A DNA stretch of 64,000 bases from the IMG/VR virus record IMGVR_UViG_3300044705_000115, positions 32,001 through 96,000 of that record; one strand, given 5' to 3'. The notes beneath the pieces are model-generated. The model searched no databases, had not been told where the DNA came from, and saw only the letters and a list, made by a program, of their open reading frames with translations. This DNA is from a virus. Of the stretch, positions 1-9,183 are shown piece by piece (position 1 is the first letter of the stretch; each line of letters opens with the position of its first letter). The position numbers were made by a program, and so were the translations under genes.

Positions 1-102
1 GCCACGGACTCCCAGGCTGGTCGGTGACGCGCACCGCGAAGTCCTTGCGGTCGTGTCCCTCGACTTCCATCCACGCCGAGAGGCGCTGTGCGGCCAAGTC
101 CA

Positions 103-306
103 TCATCGGTCGCGCCAGCCTTCGTACATGCGGCGGCCCTCGCTGCTGACCAGCGGCCCCTGCTTCGCCGGACACTCCTGGCAGTAGCGGTTCTGCGCGT
201 GCATCGGTTCCCGTTCGGGGTAGCCGACGATGCTGTCCCAAGTCCACGGCCCCCAGCGGTGGAAGCCGAACCTGCAGCCGAGACGCTGCTTCAACCGAGC
301 GATCAC
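103..306 (-). CDS. small Cys/His-containing phage protein
   Basis: GTG start overlapping the upstream stop; CRxGxHxW...CxxC pattern. Confidence 0.5.
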   Translation of the reverse strand: MIARLKQRLGCRFGFHRWGPWTWDSIVGYPEREPMHAQNRYCQECPAKQGPLVSSEGRRMYEGWRDR

Positions 307-665
307 GCCAGCTCCCGGGCGAGCCAGTCGGCGTCCACCCCAGGGGGCAGCGCAGAACGGGCCGTGAAGCCCGTCCCGTCCTTGGCCCGCTCGAGTTCGT
401 ACAGCGCCTCCAGAATCGAGCGCTCGTAGCGCCATTTCAGGACTTCCTCGAACTTAAACTGGCCCTCGCCGCGGCCCGGAACCATCAGCTTGACCGGGAA
501 GACCGCCGCCGAGCCCGGCGCGATCCGGCTGAACTCGCACCAGCGGATGTCGTGGTCGCGGCCGAAGTAGGGGCCGCAGTCAGCGAGGCCCTCAAGGCCG
601 CCGTAAACCCAGCCGTTCTGCGGTCGGAAGTCCTCCGGCATGTTGATGTAGCGGGGCGGACTCAC
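303..665 (-). CDS. hypothetical protein
   Basis: ORF with 4-bp overlaps to its neighbours. Confidence 0.6.
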   Translation of the reverse strand: MSPPRYINMPEDFRPQNGWVYGGLEGLADCGPYFGRDHDIRWCEFSRIAPGSAAVFPVKLMVPGRGEGQFKFEEVLKWRYERSILEALYELERAKDGTGFTARSALPPGVDADWLARELA

Positions 666-856
666 TTCTCCAGCGAGGGATGCGGCGCCTTGGCCGGGTC
701 GATGCGCACGTAGACACCGCTCTCGGTCTCCTGCCCGCAGTAGACGCAGGTCTCCTTCTTCGGCTCTTTCAGGCGCACCGCTTCGCGGTCTGGATTGCGG
801 TCGGTCCAGCAGCTATCGCAGCAGGGCTGTGTCCAGCCGTAGCGCTTCTCGCTCAT
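662..856 (-). CDS. small zinc-binding protein
   Basis: CCxxC and CxxC motifs; coupled start/stop. Confidence 0.6.
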   Translation of the reverse strand: MSEKRYGWTQPCCDSCWTDRNPDREAVRLKEPKKETCVYCGQETESGVYVRIDPAKAPHPSLEK

Positions 857-1743
857 GCGGCCACCAACTCCCGTTCCTGGTCGGCCGCGTAGGCCAGCTT
901 GCGCCTCACACTCGGCTTCAGGCGGATGCGCGGTTTCCGATCCGTGACATTGGCGGCGGCGACGAAGTCCTCCTCAAGGTCGGGGTCTTCCAGTTGGAGC
1001 TTGGTCGCCAGCGCGACATCGCCATCGGGCATCCAGTCCTCAGGGTGCAGGCAGTAGGAGAAGAGGACAGCGTTGGTCAGCAGGTCGGTCTGCCAGAACC
1101 CGTTGCCAGCCTGCACCACGTAGGAATTGCCGGTCAGCCCGCCGAAGCAGCGGAAGCTTTCCTGCAGGCGGTATTCGAGGAGCTGAGTCGGCGCCAGCAT
1201 GGATTCGAGCAGCGTCTCGGCCCGCTCCTCGGCGCGGCGACGCTCGACCTGCTGCATGATGAACTGGGCGAGCGCCCTGTCCTTCCCGACCTCCTCGACG
1301 AGGCCGTCGAGTTTGCGCGTGTGGTGCAGGGCATCGCGCCAAGTCAACTCGCGCTGCGACCCCTGCATCTCCCAGCCGCCGAAGGATTCGCCCCGCTCAT
1401 CGTCCAGTAACTCGGTGTCCCAGCGGTAGATGCAGGGGCGGTATATCCACTGCTGGGTCGGCTCATGGTGCTGCGGAACTAGGCCGCCTGGCGCCAGCAG
1501 CGCCATCGTCCCGTAGAAGGCCGGGAACATCCTGACTTCCTGCCCGATCTTGCCACCGAGCACATAGAGCATTTCGTAGACCTGGAAGCCATCTTCGGTT
1601 TCGCTGCTCGGCAGCCCGGCGGTGCGCGAATCGGGCCTGATCTTGCCAAGGACAGCCGCCGGCAGGCCGTCCCTGGAGATCCAGTCCTTCGGCGGGATCA
1701 GCTCGGGCTCGCCCGCGTACGGCAGGTCGCCGTTGGTTCTCAT
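853..1743 (-). CDS. conserved phage hypothetical with C-terminal CxHP...D...KL...AN domain
   Basis: ATG at 1743 overlaps the stop of 1740-2102; C-terminal AEERAETLL...YCLHP...PDGDVALATKL...FVAAAN. Confidence 0.7.
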   Translation of the reverse strand: MRTNGDLPYAGEPELIPPKDWISRDGLPAAVLGKIRPDSRTAGLPSSETEDGFQVYEMLYVLGGKIGQEVRMFPAFYGTMALLAPGGLVPQHHEPTQQWIYRPCIYRWDTELLDDERGESFGGWEMQGSQRELTWRDALHHTRKLDGLVEEVGKDRALAQFIMQQVERRRAEERAETLLESMLAPTQLLEYRLQESFRCFGGLTGNSYVVQAGNGFWQTDLLTNAVLFSYCLHPEDWMPDGDVALATKLQLEDPDLEEDFVAAANVTDRKPRIRLKPSVRRKLAYAADQERELVAA

Positions 1744-2102
1744 CGGCGGCGCGGCGCGACTGCCCCAGCGATGTCGGCCATGCCCCGGCCGATGTCGGCG
1801 AAGCCCTGCGGCAGGCTCCCGAGACCCCGCGCTTTGGAGTCGAGCGGACCTCCGGCCATCGCGCGGCCACCTTTGCGCTGCGCCTCGGTCTTCGCGGGCG
1901 CGGGCGCGGCGATGACCTTGCCGAGCTTCTTGGAGAACCGCGTGACGCGCTTGCCCTTGGTCTCGGCGACCTCGAAGAACTCGTAGCCATCCTTCTTCAG
2001 CTTGGCGAATTCCTCCTTCGCCTTCTGGGTCGATTCCCGGTCGCTCGGGTCCCACTCGATCTTCGTGTCCCCGCTCTGGTCGAGAACCAGCATCTCGCTC
2101 AT
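1740..2102 (-). CDS. small protein with GDTKIEWD and AMAGG motifs
   Basis: Strong RBS within the CCGACCAAGGAGGAG leader; phage-like composition. Confidence 0.75.
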   Translation of the reverse strand: MSEMLVLDQSGDTKIEWDPSDRESTQKAKEEFAKLKKDGYEFFEVAETKGKRVTRFSKKLGKVIAAPAPAKTEAQRKGGRAMAGGPLDSKARGLGSLPQGFADIGRGMADIAGAVAPRRR

Positions 2103-2438
2103 GTCGCTCCTCCTTGGTCGGTTGCTCAGCTCAAACGTAGCCGCTGCATCAGCGTCTCCACAGCGTCAGCGTGTCGTGAATGCCCTGAAAGCGAGGAATC
2201 TCGATCTGGGCGGTCATCAAGGATGTCGAGGCCATTGAAACCCCGCAGGGCGGATTCCTCAATAAGGCCCTGCTTGCGGGCGACCTGCTCGTACTCCGTC
2301 ATGCCGCCTTGCTCTTGCGCTTGGGGGGCGTGGCCGGTTCCTCCAGCAGGGCTTTGTAGACCAGCGCCGCCGCCTCCTCGCGGCCTTCCTTCCTCAGCTC
2401 GCGCACCCACCATTCCGCCATCCGGCGACCCTTGCTGT

Positions 2439-2732
2439 TCAAGGCGCGACATACTCTTTCTCCGGGTCGCCGTCGGGTCGACGACGGCCCGAGCCGATGT
2501 GCCGATGCCAGCCGTACGGGGGGTCGTCTCCTTCCCCGTCCCACTCGGCGGCGGCGAGGATCGCCTGCCCCGCCGTCGCGTAGCAGTAGGCGTCGTCGTA
2601 GCCGCCCTCGCCAGCGGGTCCAAGGCAGAGCCGCGCCTTGCCGAAGGTCATCGGCGCGACGCTGAGCTCGCGGCCATCATCGAGGTAGCGGGTGTAGAGA
2701 CAGCCGGGGCGGATGTCGGGCAGGTCGCTCAC
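2439..2732 (-). CDS. conserved phage hypothetical (YCY...WDG...GWHRH..SGRRRPDGD)
   Basis: Motif pattern recognised from phage hypothetical proteins. Confidence 0.7.
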   Translation of the reverse strand: MSDLPDIRPGCLYTRYLDDGRELSVAPMTFGKARLCLGPAGEGGYDDAYCYATAGQAILAAAEWDGEGDDPPYGWHRHIGSGRRRPDGDPEKEYVAP

Positions 2733-3010
2733 GCCTCAATCGGCCTCTCCAGCTTCACGCCGTTCACGGAGTGGCAGCGGAACTTGCCCGTGCGAACGTT
2801 GACCGTGCCTTCAAGGGCGACCTCGTAGCCCGAGTAGACGAAGTTGCGTTTGGCGGCCTCGGAGAGATTGGCCTCGACCAGCACTGCGTCGCTCTCCAGC
2901 TTGTACCAGTTGTCGTCCTTGTCGGTGCCGACGTAAAGCTTGATCTCGACCTCCGGCTCGGAGGAGCCCGGAACTCCCAGCTTGTTTTCGATGTCGCGCT
3001 GCAGGCTCAC
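2729..3010 (-). CDS. hypothetical protein
   Basis: AGGAGG RBS before GTG. Confidence 0.6.
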   Translation of the reverse strand: MSLQRDIENKLGVPGSSEPEVEIKLYVGTDKDDNWYKLESDAVLVEANLSEAAKRNFVYSGYEVALEGTVNVRTGKFRCHSVNGVKLERPIEA

Positions 3011-3345
3011 TCGTCCTCCTTCGTTTCCGCGCTCAGTGCCTCCATCGGCAGCAGGCAGGTTGGGCAGGTCGGCAGGTCGTCCTGCGGCCCTTCGATTGTC
3101 TCGGTGGCGCCGCAGCCGGTGCAGCGGACTTTGACGAGGATCTTCATCCGGGCGTCGTCCTGACATCGAGGTAGTCGCCAGCCACCAGAGTCGAGAGCGC
3201 GGCGAGGCTGTGCGCCTGGGAGACCTGCGCGTAAAGCTCGGCGCGGCGGTTCGTCTCCTCGTCAGGCGTGTGGCCCGAGTGAACGGCTTCCCGGTCGGCG
3301 GCGTCAGCCCAGCGCCGTGCCTCGCTTGCGTGATGGCGAGCTTCG

Positions 3346-3756
3346 TCAGCCGCGCTCACGAAGCGCCTCCATCTTCGCCATGACGCGCTTCGCCGCCGCG
3401 TCGGGGTTGTTGATGCGGGCGATCCCGTGCTGGGCGGCCTCAGCGCCGGAGCCGAAGACCTCCGTGGACGTCTGGTAGCCAACGATGGCGTCAAAGGTCT
3501 TGGAGTCGAGCCGCCCATCGGAGTAGCCGACGCGGATCGCCAGCGAGTGTTCCATGTCGTGAGCGGCGCACCAGCCCGCGCAGACGCGCCCGTCCTGGCG
3601 GTGGCAGAGGAAGATGCCGTGCGGCTGGAATGGCGTCTCCTTGTCGTACTCGATCAGCTTCAAGTACTCGTCCAGCACCCAGATGCCGGACGGCACATCG
3701 ACCCGATACGGGCAAGAACCGCAGGGGTTCGCCGCCGGCGGCAGAATCTCGCTCAC
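3346..3756 (-). CDS. DUF6283-like Cys-rich protein
   Basis: PCGSCPYRxDVPSGxW, FLCH and CAGW motifs. Confidence 0.7.
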   Translation of the reverse strand: MSEILPPAANPCGSCPYRVDVPSGIWVLDEYLKLIEYDKETPFQPHGIFLCHRQDGRVCAGWCAAHDMEHSLAIRVGYSDGRLDSKTFDAIVGYQTSTEVFGSGAEAAQHGIARINNPDAAAKRVMAKMEALRERG

Positions 3757-4215
3757 CTAGAAGACCTCCTCCGGCTCCGGGTCGAGCGTTTCCCCATCGA
3801 AGAGCGGCGGCGTCGGGGTAGAGCCAAGGCGGTTCGGCTTGACGATGTTCCCCTTCTTGGTCTCGATGATCGTGGTGCCGCCATCACGTAGGCGCTGCAC
3901 GGAAGTCGGCTCGACGACCTCGCCGTCGATCCAGACCTTTGACTTCCCGCGCTCGGTGTACGGATCACCCTCGATCCGTACGTATCGACCCTTGCGGGTC
4001 CATCCCTCGACGAAGGGCGCCTCTCCTTCGACGACGATCATCCCTCCCTGCCCCATCTGGTTTCCAACGCGCACGCGGGCCACGACGACATAGGTACCGC
4101 TCGCGGCCGCTCGGTATCGCAGCGTACCCTCGAGGCTCCCGCCCCGTTCTACTTCCGCCTTGATCTCGCCAAGCAACTCGACCAGCTCTTTGCCGGTCAG
4201 CATTCGCCCGTTCAC
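3757..4215 (-). CDS. hypothetical protein
   Basis: GTG start after TAGGCT and the CCGACCAAGGAG leader. Confidence 0.65.
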   Translation of the reverse strand: MNGRMLTGKELVELLGEIKAEVERGGSLEGTLRYRAAASGTYVVVARVRVGNQMGQGGMIVVEGEAPFVEGWTRKGRYVRIEGDPYTERGKSKVWIDGEVVEPTSVQRLRDGGTTIIETKKGNIVKPNRLGSTPTPPLFDGETLDPEPEEVF

Positions 4216-4222
4216 TGGAAAC

Positions 4223-4247
4223 CTCCTTGGTCGGAGCCGCCAGCCTA
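4223..4247 (-). promoter_or_regulatory. representative copy of the TANNNT-N7-10-CCGACCAAGGAG promoter/leader motif
   Basis: Exact or near copies at about 2110, 4223, 6589, 10441, 13770, 18559, 19023, 19551, 20820, 22139, 24025, 26784, 31815, 32052(+), 41499, 51247, 51310(+), 62492 and 63884. Confidence 0.8.
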
Positions 4248-4267
4248 CCTGCTGCGTTCCAAGATCG

Positions 4268-4465
4268 CTACTGGTTTTGCACGCGGCGCACAAGCGCTCT
4301 TGTGTTCTGCAGCGAGCGGCGGTCGGAGGGCGTGCGGTGGAGCATCACGGAGCCCTTCTCGTGAACCAGCATCACGCCCTGGGCCTTGGGCCGAACCTCG
4401 AAGCCAGCATCCAGCGCTTCTTCGATCAGGACGCGGAACTCCTTCCGAAAGCCCGTGACCTTCAC
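4268..4465 (-). CDS. HicA-like small protein
   Basis: 65 aa with GF.V...HxTPSDxR...N pattern typical of actinophage HicA-like proteins. Confidence 0.55.
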   Translation of the reverse strand: MKVTGFRKEFRVLIEEALDAGFEVRPKAQGVMLVHEKGSVMLHRTPSDRRSLQNTRALVRRVQNQ

Positions 4466-4743
4466 GGCTCGAACTCGACCGAGACGCTGGGGAAGTGCAG
4501 GGTGATCTCCTCGGTTAGCAGCGGGTTCCACCGCAGCCACCGCAGGGGTTGTCGCCACGGCACCGGCTTCGGTGTCTTCACGCGCGTCGTGAAGGTCATC
4601 TCGAAGGTTCGCGCGACGGTGGGCGCTGGGACGATGCCTAGGAGCTGGCGGTAGACCTCGCCTTCGATGCTCTGAACCCTCAACGACCCGCTGCGTTGGG
4701 GGCGGTTGCCATCGAAGGCTTGGGCTAAGTCGTCGGCGTTCAT
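4462..4743 (-). CDS. hypothetical protein
   Basis: GAGGAG RBS; coupled to neighbours. Confidence 0.55.
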   Translation of the reverse strand: MNADDLAQAFDGNRPQRSGSLRVQSIEGEVYRQLLGIVPAPTVARTFEMTFTTRVKTPKPVPWRQPLRWLRWNPLLTEEITLHFPSVSVEFEP

Positions 4744-5030
4744 GGCTCCTCGCCAAAGCCGACCTTCGGCTTCGGGTCGCCGTCGGGATGGTGGGTCTCG
4801 TGGTAGTCGTAGGTGGTCTCGCCCCGGTAGGTCTGCCGTGACTCCTGCCGTGACTCGTCGCGGGCGGTACGGTTGTGGATGTAGTGGCCGCCGGAAGGCC
4901 CGTGGGCGACCGAGCCGAAGGCTTCGGCGGCGGCCTTCAGCAGATCGGCATCCCCCTCTTTGGCGGCGTTCTCGACGCAGGCGATTACTGCGTCGTACAG
5001 GGCCTCTTCGGCGTCAGTTCTCTTCGCCAT
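4740..5030 (-). CDS. hypothetical protein
   Basis: Coupled ORF in the operon. Confidence 0.55.
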   Translation of the reverse strand: MAKRTDAEEALYDAVIACVENAAKEGDADLLKAAAEAFGSVAHGPSGGHYIHNRTARDESRQESRQTYRGETTYDYHETHHPDGDPKPKVGFGEEP

Positions 5031-5235
5031 CTGGCGGCCTCAGCCGAAGGTTGAAGTGCTCGCAGAGCGCGTTGAGGCGGTGGCTATTGGCGTGCGTGAC
5101 GGCCATCGTGGCGTCCTGGGGGTGGCCGTCATCGTGGAAGCGTCCCGCCATCTCCTCGAAGGTCTGGGCGTCCCGTAGGTGCTGCTGGATTTTCAGCCGG
5201 CGAGCCTCGGCGACATCGGCGGGGTCAGGCGGCAT
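5014..5235 (-). CDS. hypothetical protein
   Basis: GGAGG RBS. Confidence 0.5.
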   Translation of the reverse strand: MPPDPADVAEARRLKIQQHLRDAQTFEEMAGRFHDDGHPQDATMAVTHANSHRLNALCEHFNLRLRPPDGEEN

Positions 5236-5400
5236 CGGCTTCCTCCAGCGGCAGGCTGCGGAAGGTCTCGACCCGCTTCTCGGGGTGGCCGAGCTTGACG
5301 ATGACGCGGCCCTCCTCGGGCGCTGCGCGGCGCGAGCGCTCCTTCCAGCCTCGCTCGAGCATCTTCGCCAGCCCCTCCTCGTCGATCCAGTTGGCGATCT

Positions 5401-5796
5401 TCAACTCAGTTCTTCTCCCATCCAACGGCGCATCTCTATCGAGAGCGAGGAAAGATCCTTCGATAAGTTCTGCATCTGGCGCTCCAGCGCCATCTTGAAG
5501 TCGAGGGCCATCTTTCGCGCCCGCTCCTCGGCAGGATCAACCTCGTGCATCGGCTGCCACTCGATCCACTCCCTCGGGAAGCGGCGCTCCATCTCTCGCC
5601 GAACCCCTGGGTCGCACTGCGGCCCCACTTCAATCACGCGGTCGGTTTCCCAGTCGAGGTGGAGGCCTTTGATTTGCATCGGCTGGGAGACGACCTTGAT
5701 CGGGGTCTTGGTCGGATCGACCCCGCGGCTCTTCATCCACTGAACGCCGATGCCTTGGGTGCAGAGCAGAACGATCAGCGGCTTGCGGGCGGACAT
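5401..5796 (-). CDS. hypothetical protein
   Basis: ORF with protein-like composition. Confidence 0.5.
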   Translation of the reverse strand: MSARKPLIVLLCTQGIGVQWMKSRGVDPTKTPIKVVSQPMQIKGLHLDWETDRVIEVGPQCDPGVRREMERRFPREWIEWQPMHEVDPAEERARKMALDFKMALERQMQNLSKDLSSLSIEMRRWMGEELS

Positions 5797-5982
5797 TGCC
5801 CTCAACTACTAGCTGCTGCGCCCGACGTTATTCGCGATCCTTTTCCCAAATTCCGGCACCGAAGAAGGCGAGCGCCGCGACCCCGAAGATCGCGGCGCCG
5901 ATGAGATTCTGGCCGTGACCAGGAGCGGCCGCCACGGCGGCTGCCCAGACCGAGATGCCGGTCAGAACGATCCATCGCGTCC

Positions 5983-6582
5983 TCATGGCGCAGCGACCTT
6001 CTCCTCGGCCTCCTGCATGGCGAGCCAGTCCTTGTGGATCTCCGCCAGCTCCGCCTCGGCCTCAGAGTCGCCGGACATCAACTTGCCTAGCGCGATCCCG
6101 AGCGCGATCGCTGGCGTCTCCTGGGGGTCGAGGCCCGCGACCTCCAGCGCCAGCGGCCCTGGCCCTACGCGGTCAGCGGCCTCTGTGACGCCGTAACGGT
6201 CGCTCAGTTCGCGCCCCGCACGCGCGAGGCGCACGATGGCCTCCTCAAGGGTTCGCCGCGCCGGCGGGGCCGGAAGCCCTTTGCGGAAGGCTGCGCTCAG
6301 CGCCTCTTCGATCGGCTGCTGGTCGCGCAGGTTCGGGGCGTGAAAGGCGCGGACGGCGGCTTTGATCGACTCCGGGCGCATCATCCGCCGCTCGAGGTCG
6401 TCGGCGATCTCCCGGTACATCGGCTCGATGGCGACCCTTGCGTCCTCGAGCCAAGCCTTCCGCTGCTCGCGGCTCAGCTCGTACCAGCCGACATCGAGGC
6501 GCCGGCGACGCATGGCCCTGCCGTACATCTGCTTGGCGAGGGCATCAATAAGACGAGATGGAACTTGAAGGTCATCAGACAC
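5983..6582 (-). CDS. hypothetical protein
   Basis: GTG after TAGGAT and the CCGACCAAGGAG leader. Confidence 0.65.
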   Translation of the reverse strand: MSDDLQVPSRLIDALAKQMYGRAMRRRRLDVGWYELSREQRKAWLEDARVAIEPMYREIADDLERRMMRPESIKAAVRAFHAPNLRDQQPIEEALSAAFRKGLPAPPARRTLEEAIVRLARAGRELSDRYGVTEAADRVGPGPLALEVAGLDPQETPAIALGIALGKLMSGDSEAEAELAEIHKDWLAMQEAEEKVAAP

Positions 6583-6623
6583 TCGATTCTCCTTGGTCGG
6601 TTGCGAGCATCCTATTGCCCTGA

Positions 6624-7256
6624 TCAAGCCCCCAGATCAACGCTTCCTTCCAGCCACTTTGCGGCGTCCACGAACTCCACCCCAGCCGCCTCAGCCGCCG
6701 CCCTGTCGCTGTCCCTGTCGCCCACAAACACGGTGTCTCCGGGCATCGTCCCGTGCTTGACCATCGCCTCGATCAGCATCCCCGGCGCGGGCTTGCGCAG
6801 ATGGAGTTCGTGCGGGGTCGGGTCGCCGTGGCCCGGATAGGCCGTCGCCACATGCACCGAGTAGGGCTGCCAGTTGAAGTTCACCAGCAGGTCGAGCGAA
6901 CGCCTGATACGCAGACGGACTTCCTCCTCGGTCTGGAAGCCGAGCGCGACTCCCCCCTGGTTGGTGGCGATGGCGAAGGAGTTGCCGAGCGAGGGCAGCG
7001 CAAGGTCGCGGATCAACGAACCCACGCGGGGCAGCAGAGCAGGTTCGACATACGCGCGGTCCTCGCGCGGCACGAGCTGGGAGCCGCGCCCATTGCAGAC
7101 ATCGCACTTCCGATGCCCCGGCGCTCGCGGCGGATGGAAGATCGGGTTGCCGGGGTCATAGACCTCGCCCGAGCCGCCGCAGCGCTCGCACTTGCGGTCG
7201 ATCAGGTGGTCCTCGACCAGCGTCCCGTCGAGGTCGAAGATGAACAGCCGCTTCAC
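6624..7256 (-). CDS. HAD-IIIA family phosphatase (GmhB/PNKP-like) with inserted DnaJ-type zinc finger
   Basis: DLDGTL, ATNQGG, RKPAPGML and FVGDRDSD motifs; CxxCxGxG twice. Confidence 0.85.
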   Translation of the reverse strand: MKRLFIFDLDGTLVEDHLIDRKCERCGGSGEVYDPGNPIFHPPRAPGHRKCDVCNGRGSQLVPREDRAYVEPALLPRVGSLIRDLALPSLGNSFAIATNQGGVALGFQTEEEVRLRIRRSLDLLVNFNWQPYSVHVATAYPGHGDPTPHELHLRKPAPGMLIEAMVKHGTMPGDTVFVGDRDSDRAAAEAAGVEFVDAAKWLEGSVDLGA

Positions 7257-7498
7257 GGCTCCTCGCTTTCCCGCGCCCGCTTGGTGGCGATGTAGGCTCG
7301 GCGTTCGTCACGCTCAGACCAGTAGGTGCGCCAGTCCTTCGCGCCGCCGTAGAGGCTGGTGAGTCCCAGCAGATAGACAACGACCGCGCCAGCCGTTTCG
7401 TTGGCGGCAGCTAGGAAGACCAGGACGATGCACAGCGCGATTTGCAACACCGCAGAAAGCAGTTCCATCCGCGAGGGCTCAGGCGGAGGCGGCGACAT
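7253..7498 (-). CDS. small membrane protein
   Basis: Two hydrophobic segments. Confidence 0.55.
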   Translation of the reverse strand: MSPPPPEPSRMELLSAVLQIALCIVLVFLAAANETAGAVVVYLLGLTSLYGGAKDWRTYWSERDERRAYIATKRARESEEP

Positions 7499-7929
7499 CA
7501 GATCGTCCCCATCGCCGTCGCGTAGGCCAGTTCAAGGAGCTTCGCGCCCCGGTCGAGCATCGGCACCATCATCCTCCGCGACTCGGCGATGACGCCCGCC
7601 ATGTGCGCTGCGGAGGTCGGGTCCTCGGGATCGCCGAAGTCAGGACTCTCCTGCGGATGCTCTTCGTCGAATTTCACCAGCCAGTACTCGGGCTTCGAGA
7701 GCGCGTTGGCGAGGTCGCGGCCCGCGATGTAGATGGGGATGACGCGCTGGATGCGCTCCGGGCTGATGCCTTCGCCCCGATTCACGATGCCGTTCGTCCA
7801 GCGCTCCACGTTCTCGGCGTCCTCCGGCCCTGGCCAAAGGATCGGCATGACGGCCCGCAGAGCGTGGTTGGCATCGCGCAGCACTTCACGCTCGGCGTAC
7901 TCGAATTCGACGTAGGTGAGCCTCCTCAT
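7498..7929 (-). CDS. hypothetical protein
   Basis: Coupled ORF. Confidence 0.6.
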   Translation of the reverse strand: MRRLTYVEFEYAEREVLRDANHALRAVMPILWPGPEDAENVERWTNGIVNRGEGISPERIQRVIPIYIAGRDLANALSKPEYWLVKFDEEHPQESPDFGDPEDPTSAAHMAGVIAESRRMMVPMLDRGAKLLELAYATAMGTI

Positions 7930-8119
7930 GGCGCCACCGAATCGACCGCGCCGCCAAGCGCCTTCGCCTGGATCGTCTGGTAGACGATCTCGCGCACAGC
8001 CTCTTTCAACTCGGCGGCGAGGATGTCGTCAGCCCTGACCTCGATGTGAACCGCTCCCGGCCCGAGCGTCATCGAGCCTGCCTCGTATGGGCCGATCTGA
8101 ACGTTGATTTCTACGCCCT

Positions 8120-8431
8120 TCACTCTGCAGCCCTCCATTCGCCGTCGCCTTGGTAGACAAGGCCGTCCTCGTTGATTTCTCCAATCCGCTCGCGGTCGCG
8201 GCGGTCTTCGTCCAGCAGCCGGACCTCCTCGCGGTCGAGCGATGCCTTCTCGCCCTGGCGGGCGCCATCGAGCAGCGCCCTGATTTCGTCGCGTATCTCG
8301 ACCGCGCAGCCCGCGCAGACCTTGATCCCAGTTCCGTCGATCTTAGTGGCGGCTCCGCCTGATCGGACCTGAACCTTGACTTCGTGCGAGCGGTCTTGGG
8401 TTCCGCAGCGCGGGCAGGTTCGCTGGCCCAT
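8120..8431 (-). CDS. zinc-ribbon protein
   Basis: CPRC...CAGC. Confidence 0.55.
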   Translation of the reverse strand: MGQRTCPRCGTQDRSHEVKVQVRSGGAATKIDGTGIKVCAGCAVEIRDEIRALLDGARQGEKASLDREEVRLLDEDRRDRERIGEINEDGLVYQGDGEWRAAE

Positions 8432-9183
8432 CAGCCCATCGCCTCCGCCATTGCGCCGATCTCCCTGATGGAGGTCGTCCCGAGTACCCGCAGCGTGGTT
8501 CGCAGGCCGGGGAACCCGTTGGCCCTGCGCCGCTCGCGGTCTTTGGGCCAACGCCCTGCACGAGCGTAGAAGGCGCGGTAAGCCGCCAAGATCGCCTCGC
8601 GGCTCCAAGGGCCGGGCATCTTCGGCGGCGGCGGCGTCCCCGCCAGTTCGCTGATCGTCGTGTTGTTGTGGCCCAGATCCCAGAGAATCGAGCGGCCCGG
8701 CAGTCGCGGGTCGCTGAGGAAGTCCTTGCTCGTCGGTCGTCGACCCTCTTCGCGTACGAAGGCGCGAACGGCCTCGACCGCCAGCTCGAGCGACCAGCCG
8801 CCCCAGTGCCGATGGATGACTGGCCGATTACCGCGCTTGACGGCTTCCATGCGCCTGCGCATGACGGGGTTCGCGGCTATCTCCGCGAGTTCCACATGCG
8901 AGTCGAAATCGACCTCCTCGATAGCAATCTCCTTGGGCGCAGTGTCCTCGTCTGCTTCAAGGAAGGCATCGAGAGAGACATTGCTGCGCTCGCGGCGCCG
9001 CATAGCGTTGAGGAGGCGGCGCCGAGCGCAAGTGACGATGTTCGGCGCGGTCATTTCCCAGCCCTTCTCCAGCGCCTCGGCAACAGCGACCTGGATCGCT
9101 TCTTCCGCATCGTCACGGTTCGCGGCCGAGTGCGCCCGCAGCACGGTCGGCAGAACATCGTCAAAGTCGAAGGCAACCTGCAT
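8431..9183 (-). CDS. sigma-region-2-like N-terminus plus two homing-endonuclease-associated repeats
   Basis: DAEEAIQ...ARRRLLNAMRR; two W(S)xE...(V/Y)RAF...GRxP repeats. Confidence 0.6.
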   Translation of the reverse strand: MQVAFDFDDVLPTVLRAHSAANRDDAEEAIQVAVAEALEKGWEMTAPNIVTCARRRLLNAMRRRERSNVSLDAFLEADEDTAPKEIAIEEVDFDSHVELAEIAANPVMRRRMEAVKRGNRPVIHRHWGGWSLELAVEAVRAFVREEGRRPTSKDFLSDPRLPGRSILWDLGHNNTTISELAGTPPPPKMPGPWSREAILAAYRAFYARAGRWPKDRERRRANGFPGLRTTLRVLGTTSIREIGAMAEAMG

